A DNA stretch of 64,000 bases, taken from contig BCIN01000002.1 of assembly GCA_039545335.1 (NCBI GenBank), positions 881,118 through 945,117 on the forward strand, written 5' to 3'. The stretch's first letter is position 1; each line of letters starts with the position of its first letter. Below the pieces are notes generated by a model, which searched no databases, was not told the DNA's origin, and worked only from the letters and a program-made list of their open reading frames with translations. Position numbers and translations under genes: made by a program. The stretch comes from Kondoa subrosea (Eukaryota). Below are positions 13,781-24,490 of this stretch, one piece after another.

Positions 13781-16700
13781 ATGCTGGCGACTGCGTACGA
13801 CACTCGCCTTACAATCGCATCTTCCCAAGATAATTCTCGAGAAGCCAGTCCCGAGCTCGAAGATTCAGACCTACCTGGTCTGCCGTTACATCAACGTCCT
13901 ATGACCAATCTAGAGATCTCAGACGCGAGCAATGCAAGGCGAAGAGGTGCTGCAAACAATACTTCAACATTCGATACTACAGAACCTGTCTCGCTGCAGG
14001 ATCCGTATGCTGATCCTCGTGACTCTTACCCTGGCGAATCAAAAGAGCTCAAGCCTGGGCGGCCTTTGGTCAATGGGTCGAATAAATGGGTGCGCATGAG
14101 AACACGTCCAAAGAAACGCTTGCTGATTTGGTCGCTGCGCAGGACAAACTGATACCGAATGATATCGGGAAGCGAAGATTCAGTGGACAAGGGAAGAAGG
14201 GTCAGCAGACTTGGATGGAATCAGTGGTGCGTAAAACTCGAGATTTGCAGGATTCTGCTGAGTATCTTGTTTGCTACGCACAGAAAGACTTCATAGTGGA
14301 AAATAGAGATCAAGCGCCATTGGTCATCTACACAATACTCTCGCTGTGGACACGGCTTTACAAAATAGGGAAGAACAATTCTGTAGTTTGGGATGAGGTT
14401 TGCTCTTGTTTGCTCTAGCTCGCAACAATATGCTAAGATAACTCTGCAGGCACATTTCGGCAAGTTTGGTGCTGTTGGTAGCCCCCCTAGAACTATTCGA
14501 TATATTCTCACTCTTTGCGCGTAGTATTATCTCAACCAGACTTTCTACTTCGATGTGCATCCGCCGCTGGGGAAGATGCTTGTTGGATTAGCAGGAGCTC
14601 TGACTGGTTTCAACGGTTCTTTCGACTATCCTTCAGGCGCAACATATCCAGATCATGTACCTTTTCATGCTATGCGGATCTTAATGGCTTTGCCTGGTGT
14701 GGCCATGGTACCTTTGGCGTGGGGAACTAGTGTAGAGCTTGGTTTCACTTGGTATGGGCGGCATATCATCACGCTAATGGTTCTTTGTGGTGAGCATAAT
14801 CGGTACTTTCAAGCAGCACATTGCTAAAGAGGCAAATATAGACCTTGCCTGGATGGTCATCAGTCGATTCGTACTGTTAGATTCTATGCTTCTTTTCTTC
14901 ACTTTCTGTACTGTGTACTGCATGTCTGTTTTCCACAATCAACAACAATGGTAAGTCTTTGTCTGTCTTTGCTGACTCTCATTCAGACATGTAGGGTAGG
15001 CCCTTTTCGATAGACTGGTGGGCTTGGCTGGCACTGACAGGGATCTCGATTGGCTGTGTAGCCAGGTAAGCCGGCTCTTTTACAACTGCGCATTTGGCGG
15101 TGGGGTTGACGACGGTCTTACAGTGTCAAATGGGTCGGACTTTTCGTCACTGCTCTAGTCGGTCTATATACAGCTGAGGATCTGTGGGACAAGTTTGGCG
15201 ACACTAGGATGCCTTACGTAAGCACATCTTATGCCTATGGAGCTCAGCGCTCATTAGTTTTTGGTTTTGAATGCAGAAAACCTACGTCAAACACTGGATA
15301 GCTCGCATCCTCTGCCTCATTGTGCTTCCATTTACCGTTTATATGTTCTGCTTCAAACTACATTTCCTCATCTTAAATCGATCCGGACCTGGTGATGCGC
15401 AAATGTCTTCACTGTTTCAAGCTCACCTGTACGGCAACGATTTTGCGAACAATCCTCTAGAACCAGCTTATGGGAGCAAACTAACATTGAAAAATATGGG
15501 CTACGGAGGTGGTCTTCTGCATTCGCACGCTTCTACCTATCCAACTGGTTCTCAACAGCAACAAATTACATGCTATCATTACAAAGGTCAGCTGACTGTC
15601 TTAGGGAGACGAAAAGACCTGATCTCGATTAGACAATAACAACGAATGGATCGTCACTCCTACTTGGGAAGATCCAGCCGTCGATCCAGAGGGAGAACTA
15701 CGCTACCTTACCGATGGCAATATTGTTCGACTGGTGCACGCTGCAACCGGCAGACAGCTGCACTCTCACTCCGTCGCTGCGCCTTTGACCAAGAATCACA
15801 ATGAAGTATCGTGCTACGGTAATGACACAGTAGGCGACTCAAACGACTATTGGGTGATCGAAACAGTGGATGACATGCTTAGAGGAAGAAAGAATCATTT
15901 CGAAAGAGTGCATAGCTTGACTACTCGGTTGCGACTAAGGCATCAAAACAGCGGCTGTTATCTTCGAGCTGCTGGCACAACTCTACCTGCTTGGGGCTTC
16001 AAACAAGTGGAAGTCACTTGCGATAAAGAGAACAAGCCAAAAGATGAGCATACTTATTGGAATATCGAAAGTCATTGGAATGATCGACGTGAGTTCCTGC
16101 CTTGTTGTTTTGTAAGACTGGTTCTGATCAAAGTTATAGTACCCGCTGGCAATACTAAGCTTTACCGATCACCTTTCATGCGTGATTTCTGGCATCTCAA
16201 TGTAGCAATGATGCAGTCAAACAATGCTCTCGTGCCCGATCCAGACAAGGAGGATATTATCGCATCATCTCCCTTCGACTGGCCTTTCGTGCATCTTGGT
16301 ATGCGAATGAACGGATGGGGTTCTGGGAATACAAAGTCAGTCTCTTCGCTCAATGCGCCCTCTTCCATAAACGCTCATGCTGAGCAGGTACTATCTCTTG
16401 GGCAATCCTATCATTTGGTGGGCAGCAAGCAGATTTACAAAGTGTTCCTCCTGATTTGCCAAAACAGGTGGTCATCGACAGTCAGCTTGGGCGTTTTCCT
16501 GGCTACCTGGTTCTGGTATCTGTGTCGATTCCAACGGAAATTCAACGACTTCGTACCTGGTATAGCTATCCATTTCATCTGCTGGTCAGCCTCTGATGTT
16601 GCTCGTCAGGCGAATGGGAACATTTCTTGTATGTCGGTAAGATAGGTGTACTCGGCTGGGCTTTCCATTACAGTGAGTGAGCCCGTGCGTTGTTATGAAG

Positions 16701-17191
16701 CAATAGGCTTATCCCAGCTGCAGTTCCTTTCGTCATTATGGTGAGCTGATCGCCAGTCAAAACGTGCTTTGCTTACATCGACTCCAGTCTCGAGTGACGT
16801 ACATACAGTGAGTCGATGTTATATCTCGCAAAGTATTCTTACTGATGCTGCTGCTCAAGTCACTACTGTCAGCTTAACGCACGGAATCTAGGCATATACT
16901 GATTTGCTCTTGCAGTGCCGACGCTATGGTTCAGCGTGATTTTATGCGTTTTCCTGCTAGATCACTTCATCTTCGCAAGGAAGCGTGTAACGAATAGGAC
17001 GAAGAACATCGCTTTTGGCTTGTGGGTCTTTGCGATAGTAGGGACTTTCTGGTGGTTTCATCCAATCGCATTTGGTATGGATGGAGATGTGAACGATCAT
17101 TGGGGTCTACGATGGCGCAAGGTAGGTTACAGTTGCTTCTTATGACGCGTTTAAGGCTGATATCTCCGCTTAGACATGGAATATCTACTAG
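13781..17191 (+). CDS. PMT2: Dolichyl-phosphate-mannose protein O-mannosyltransferase, Pmt2 subfamily
   Basis: VVWDEAHFGKF, FYFDVHPPLGKMLV, SVKWVGLF, SGPGDAQMSSLFQA, MIR region GLLHSH...GSQQQQITCY, HHYLP, WNIY* at 17189-17191. Start codon uncertain (13781 or 13901). Confidence 0.92.
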
Positions 17192-17318
17192 ACCATTTTA
17201 CGAAAATAGATTGCATATCTCATCGTTACACGAGCACAAAGATTGCATCTGGATGCTTCTATACTATGCGCTATATCACAAAGCCGCTAAAGATATCCCT
17301 ATGTTTTACATTTTGGTT

Positions 17319-19484
17319 TTAGTATTTCTCTTGTCCTAGATCATCTTTGCTGTCAGATAACGCTTCCTTGTGCATTGGTTCGCCTAAAGTGTAGGTCGAT
17401 GCTGATCGGTCGATCTTGGGCAGAGGATGCTCAGAAAGAGAAATCTGAGAGAAAGCCGAGAATTTGCGATCCCCACCAGGTTCTGATCCTCGTCGAGACT
17501 CTTCGTCTGAGGTCCAGTCTGAGAAACGGCTTGAAGGCACAACTCCGTGAGGTAGTGAATCGGATGACTATGGTCGCGAAGTGCCGAATTTGAACGAGGA
17601 AGAATTGTCGATTATGCTAGACAAGACGAGCACGAATGTCAGCAAATAGAACACCTACCTGCAATTAACAAACTCATACATTGGAATCGGCGTTTCGATA
17701 TCTATCGAGGAGTTAACCGTGTCTGTCCAACCATCATAGCTCGAAGTAAAGCTATGCATAGGTAAAGGATCGTGTTGATCTACCGCATGCGTACTTGAGT
17801 AATTGGGCGATTTTCGATACATTGAGTTTTCATGAATAGGTGAGAGTCGAGACCCTAATTGGGCAGACCTTGGCATGGGAAGTGAAAGAGTGTGTCTTGG
17901 AGTTTTAGTGATGTGAAGTGTTGCTGTCTGAGAACGCTGGGAATCGAGTTGCATTGAAGAGTTGGGTACGAACTCGCGACCAGCGATTCGAATGCTCCCA
18001 GATTTGTTGCCTGTGTCGAAGTGCGAAGTAGTATCTAATGAACGAGAGCCTGCTCGAGGTTGGGCTGTCGAGACATCAGCAACGGGAAGACAAGAATATG
18101 TTGGACGACTCACTGACGGCAATCAAGAAGGATGATGCATACTGCGGAATGCGGCAAATTGAGAAGATGTCAAGTCAAAAATCTTGACATACAATCTTAG
18201 GTAACACAAGGACCACTGTTATTAGAAAGCGAACCTTAGGCCGCAACATCGAGACTGCTGTGTTTAGGCTTACTCGAGTAGACTGCCGTTGATCGGGGAT
18301 AATGATGACACCAGATAGAAAGAGTGATCAGTTGTAAGATAGAAACGAATCCGCCCTGTTGAAATTAGCCAGTCCAGTAGGTTTCTCTGGATGACAAAGT
18401 CAACGTACTGTTCCGATGAAGATAGCAAGATACGAAGTGAGGAGTCTCTGTAGTCCTGAAGGTCGTCTTCTTGTTGAATTTCCACGATGTCGTACAAGAC
18501 AAGCCATCAAGATGCTCGATAAAGACAAATCGACAAAGGTGGAAGAAGCCAGATGAATAGGTGTAGAGTACTAACAAGCCTTTAGCTGATGTCCAAGGCT
18601 CAAGTTAATGAGCTCACCCAGTAAAGATTAGTCTCAAGATTTTTGTCTGCCAATTTCGCCAAGCTGCCAATCAGGTAGACCTCGCTAAGAAATAGATCAG
18701 CGAACTTCTCATCCACTTTGAATAGTGAGACTGACAGAGACAGGATACATCCGGTAGTGACAGCAAGTAATATAGCCAGCGCAATTACAGTAGCGACACA
18801 TAAGCGGATGAATCGCTTTCCTCTCGTTCGTTCTGCTTGTTTTCCCAGTTGCGATAAAGTCCATGCATTGTAGGCTAAGTATAATTGACATTGCGATTGT
18901 AATAGACATCCAACGAAAGGTGCAGCTGCATCTTCCTCCCTGGGTTTGATGTAATAGAGGAAATCTCCATAATGAATAGCTGCAAGACAGGTCAGACTTC
19001 TTGATGTATCACAGACAGTTAAAACTTGCCAAAGATCTTGATAGCTCGACCTAGATCGAATGCTGTTTGACCACTGGCGATTAAGCATACACCGAAGCTG
19101 TGACAACCAGTCAATCAATAAAGTGATAGACCATCTCTGATTGGGCATCTAGCGCACATGAGGATCTTCATCTTCCTAAATCGCTTTTCTGGGAACAGCA
19201 TGAAGTAGCGTGCCGCTTGTAGCAGGATAATGCCATTGAGGATGCTAGAAACGACGAGTCTGTATTGCATTCAGCTAGCGTCGGTGATTCATGATACCAG
19301 ACAGACCCAACAACTATGCTTGACCAGGTCAGAGATCGAATTGTACTCGCGATTTGTACACTCACTATATGGAGTGTAGACAGCAGGGCAACCGATCTCT
19401 GAGCAAAGCGCCTTCATAGCTTTGGATAGCTGCTCCAGCATAGGACGAATCGCTGGGTCCTGCGTTATATCATTGGAAGGCATG
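17319..19484 (-). CDS. Multi-pass membrane protein with Ser-rich C-terminal tail (possibly DUF6534-like)
   Basis: Spliced IVGSVCILNGIILLQAARYFMLFPEK and several hydrophobic exons (LCVATVIALAILLAVTTGCILSL); low-complexity tail. Exon chain only partly resolved. Confidence 0.55.
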
Positions 19485-19963
19485 GCAGAGGCAAGATTGC
19501 TATTTCGGCGATAACGAGAAGCGAGCGGATTGGAAGAGAAAGAAGACAAGAGCTGGTCCAGCCAGGACTCCAGAACTTGGGCGCTCTCAGCACCGAATGA
19601 ATGGAGGTTGCAAGAGAATCACGAGTTCTTTTAAGTGAGCACCAGCCTTCGGCGATTCGGGTGTTGCTGCTCTTTAAGAGTCGCGATCGGTTCATTAGTA
19701 ACCAAGAGAGAAGACGAGCAGGTCGATGAACGCCCAAAGCAATCTGAAACAGCATGCATAGCAATCTGATCTTTCGCAAATAATATCATCGAGAGCTGTT
19801 ACATCGTCTGACAAGGGTGCACTGCAGGCTTTTGTGAAAGAGTAACATCGAGATGATCGAGACATCTCAAGCTGGCCGCTCCATGGCGAGGTCTAAGATT
19901 TGATAATTATTTCGATGAAGTTGTCTTGCACCACAACTGTTTGCATTCCCTTAAGATCCCAGC

Positions 19964-20997
19964 ATGTCATTCAGAGTCCCAGCACCTACCGGCACTGTGC
20001 GCCTTATTGCTGAGTCAGATTGTGTTCAGAGTCTAAGATTGCTCATTACGCGATCATCATAGTTTACTGCTCGCGAGCTCTTCACACTCGGTCAGCGCGA
20101 TATACGAAGCTTGTACTGTAGCAACAGGCTGACTCTGCTGCTTTAGGCCTCAATCTGCCAGCTGTCTACAATTTATCGTCATCTATCTTGCTTGGATCAA
20201 GTAAGTTGATCCTCACAAGCTGCTCATCGAGCTGACCTATGGCAAGCAATTTGGCATGGCTTTATCGCTGGACCTCTATCATTCACTGTTCTGCCACGAA
20301 TGCAATTCGGTAAGCTAATCTTCTTGCTTGATCAATCGATTAATAAACTTCTTCTCCCTAAGGTAATCTGCAGGGCAAACTTTTCCCAGTCTACTTTGGC
20401 ATGCAGTTCGGTATCTCAGCAGCTCTTTACTTAGCTTGGCGTATGTCGAAAGTCCATCAAAACAGCGCTTTTAGCTCATGTCATGCGATAGTTTATATGC
20501 ATCCAAGTCTTACTAAATCACCTGAACTTCTTACTCATCTTTCAAGACCTGATTCTTTCAACGCTTTCATGCTCATGACCATGACTATTACTGGAGCTCT
20601 GAATGCGTTTTTTGTAGGTCCTGCTACAACAAAGTGAGTGTACAAGATCGATAGATCCAATTGATCTAATGCGCCAATCTTCACTTCACAGAGTCATGAA
20701 GATTCGTCATAAGCTTGAAAGAGAAGAAGGCAAGAAATACACTGATCCGGATATCTCTGGTGATATGTATGTTTTCAATCGCTTGAATACGCGCAGCAGT
20801 CATTTGATTGCATATTCATCATTGTAGGAAAGCGCTCAACAAGAAGTTTGGTATCCTCCATGGCATAAGCTCACTGGTCAACATTGGCTTCGTTCTAGCG
20901 GCGTAAGTATTCTTTTACCTTCACTTACAGTCAACGCTCTGACACAGCTGACAGAATGGTCAACAATGCCTACACTGCCAAATACGGGATTCTATAA
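19964..20997 (+). CDS. TMEM205/DUF4149-like membrane protein
   Basis: GFIAGPLSFTVLPRMQFGNLQGKLFPVYFGMQ, ALNAFFVGPATTKVM, KALNKKFGILHGISSLVN; TAA 20995-20997. Confidence 0.85.
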
Positions 20998-21099
20998 TTC
21001 ATAAAATGTCTCGTGACATCGCATTGTAATGTAAAAAAAAGTAACCCAAAAACGCATTTTGCCCTGCTCGATTGCACAAATTGTTCTATGATTTTCGAC

Positions 21100-23928
21100 T
21101 CATACATCGCTTCCTTCCGTTCTGAATGTTTGAGAGTATGCAAAGTATGCTCTGGGTGTATTAATCAGCTTAAAAGTACAATCAATCTTCCAAAAAATGT
21201 CAACGCACTGCATGATTTTGAGCACCTGATCCGGCAGGCGCATGCTGACTAAGGAGTAAGAGACTTTCGATATTCCTTCCTTTTGTATGAGGCGGAAGAT
21301 TTGATGGCCGACTGCGCTTGGGAACTGTAGGTTTCAGAGAATACGCACATCAGATCATGTCTGACAGGTTAACCGCGAAACCTACAGAGCTCTCATGATA
21401 CCATCGATGATTGTATGTCGCGATCCGTGTTGCCGCGTTGAGTGCTCGAGGAATATCTTTCTCGTCCACGTACATTGTGAGTAATTCTAACCAGGCTTTC
21501 GCAGAGAATTTCTGGTCGAGCGATCGCTGATATGCTTCTTTCGCCTGTAAATTTGGTTTAACGAATGTATATAAGAAATAGTGATATGGCCTACTTCTTC
21601 TTTTCGATGCAGCCGTAGCGCGAGATCACCTAATATTTCCCACTCTGTTGCTGTCTTTCGATATGGCATATGCTGAGCTTTGAAGTGTGCCATTTCGGCT
21701 CTCCACACAGTCAATACTCGTAGATCTGTCCAGCACAGCTTGACAAATGAGCTTCATACTCATGCGTCAACCTCTCACGGACCTTCATACAGAACCATGA
21801 AAAGGTTATCTAGCCATCTCTCGCACAAGCGCTTAGTGCTGAAGCTTAGGTTCGACATTCCATTCTGTAGCTTTTCTTGTTCCGATTCTTGATTAGCCGA
21901 AGACGAAGCAGAAACAGGTTTCTCCAAACCAGGCGCATCCGACTGCAAATCGCTCTTGATATCTCCTTCTTCTTCCTCTTCCAATGCTTCATTCAGATCT
22001 TCAGTTGAGATGCCTAACCCATCACCTGTTTCGTCTTGCGATAGAATTCCAGCTTTAGCTAATCGTTCCCTTTCGCCATCCGATTCGGAAGAAACTTTGA
22101 TAGTAGGTATGGGACTTGAAGGAACAGACATTCTCCCTCTATCCGTTTCTGATGTTATAGGCTGTTCATGTATAGCAGTAGTACTAGCCGTTTCATCCGC
22201 TGACGATTCCGTTTGCGTACTATTTTGAGTAGTTGCACTTTCAGGTAAACCACTTGCTCCTCCTTGATCTTCACTTCCTCCTAATCCGGTCGTTGTTGTT
22301 GTTTCTTCGGATTTTTGCATTCGATATTCTTCTTCCATTACAAACACTTGACTTCTCGCTTTCAGTAATTCATCCCAACCAATCACGCTGACTAGTTTAG
22401 TTAGCAACCGATAAGCTTCTTTGAATGTTCCTCGTAATGAAGGAGCAGGTAATCGTAAAAGAGTAGGATCGGCTAGGTTTTCTTCTTCCGCATCTTGAGA
22501 AGCGTTGGCATTGGTAGGTGGATCCAAGATACCAGAATCGGTGATGAATTGTTTGATGGGCAAATGAGTTCGGGCAGGAGTAGGCATGCGATGTAGATCT
22601 CTCTCGTTGAAGGTGAACATTGGGCATCTATAAATAATTTTGGATCAACAACTGTCTGCCTTATAGCATAATGTGGCAGCTCACGAGTTAAGGGTAAGAA
22701 GAGCTTGGTTCCAGTTCTGAAGATCGATATTGACTTCAGTCAATTTGGCCCAAGTGACGAATTCTGAAGGTGCGCAATTGACTGCCGATTTGGCTAGCTT
22801 GAGTGCCCAGTCGGTCTTGTTCTTATTCCGCAGGAAATCACATTGCACGTGTAGGAGATTGTAAGATTGAGGATGTTCTTTGAGTGCAGTATGTAAAACT
22901 TGGACAGCTTTTACTTCTTCGTCTGATATCACGTCTGAGCTATTGGAAGAATCCATAATTTAAATAACACGCACTCATGCCGACATATGCTTGACCAAGA
23001 AGGGAAGCAACTTCGCTATTCTTGACAACCAGCTTTTCGAAGAGATTCACAGCGGGCTGGAATCTAAAGCTTTCGCCAAAGTACTTTATAATGCCGCTTG
23101 TGAGATGATTGTTGACTATCGATGCGACTTGAATTTCAGGTTCGCTTCCAAGTTGCCAGCCTGTCAAGCAAAAGCAAAGAGTGAATATGGGAAGCCATAT
23201 TGGACCCGCCTTCCTGACCTTGAGCGAAGCATTGTTCTGCAGCAGACAAGAACCTAATCTCATCCTCCAGCGTCTTGATAGGGTCTAGTTTCCGATAACC
23301 CGCTAATCGATATGTCGCATCATCGGCATACAAGATTGCTCGAAGTAAAGCCGAAAGATACACTTCAGTCCACAGTCTCGGTGTCAAGGCATGTCTTTCG
23401 TTCCGTTGATCCAGGACATAAGCTTCCACACCACCTGGAATCTTGACTTCTACTCGAATATCCACTCGTGAGAAAGCGTTGAAAGCACAAAAACAAGCAC
23501 GTGAGATCTTCCATTCCGATTTCGCTTTGCCTCCTAGCCAGGTCGACGTGGTCTCAATATTGTAGGTGAGCGAATTGAGGTAAGCTGCTACTGAAGCTGA
23601 ACTTGAGGCATCTACGCCTGATATGTAGTGATACGAGCCAATCTGTACATCCGCAGAGGTCTCAGTAAACGCAATGTACTGGAGCCTACAAGAGCACGCA
23701 CGTCTTTTGAGCCAGATTTCCCTGATTTGATGATATGTACGAGATCAGGCGGACCCAATTCGCGAAATGTTCCTAGCGCATCCGTTCTAGCTTGCAGAGA
23801 TTCTCCAATATCAACCTGTTTATGTCCCATTCATGAGTCTTTGCGTTGACAACCATTTGCATTCGTAGCGCCCGAACCTCGAAGAATTCTGGCACATCTC
23901 GCAGCGTTTGGCTTGTGGACTCTGACAT
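21100..23928 (-). CDS. Exomer cargo adaptor, ChAPs family (Bud7/Bch1/Chs6)
   Basis: FRELGPPDLVH, GVDASSSASVAAYLNSL, CAFNAFSRVDIRVEVKIPGGV, AVNCAPSEF, ALLTLNSCPMF, KRLCERWLDNLFMVLYEDLR, EWEILG. Confidence 0.93.
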
Positions 23929-24490
23929 AGCAAGGGTATACACTGCCGCGTGCTAAATCTGTATTCCGCTCGAGCAGGCTTTGGTCGTCAGAATCAAGCA
24001 GCAACTCGCTTCCTCAGCTACGGCGGCCAATGGAAATTGAACTACTTCTTGTCCACTCAGGAAAGCTCAGTATTGCCTTCTCGAGGCTGTGCTACGGCAC
24101 TTTGAACAAGGCAGTCTAATTTTGCGTGCGATTCGGTGCATATTGTACCACAGAGTATGCGTTTTATTTGGCATGCTTGCGCTCTGTTCTTGCGCGTTGA
24201 GGATTCTTTGATGGTCTACACTGCCACAATCTTTGCTGTATAGCAGTATATCGCATATTCCGTCAGCACTTGTGTTTGCTAAAGAAGCTGCTTCAATGTA
24301 TCATGCTTAAGGCATTCCGTCCTCCCCTTACACTTTCAGGATGTCTTCCTCAGCTACAAGTTACCTTCTTGCCCCTTTGTTATGGGAAGGTTCTGAAACG
24401 CAATCGTCGAACGACTTTCAGATTATCTTGATTCTCCCTCTTCTCCTTGTACCAATATCTTCTTGAATATCTCAACTGGGCATAACAATC

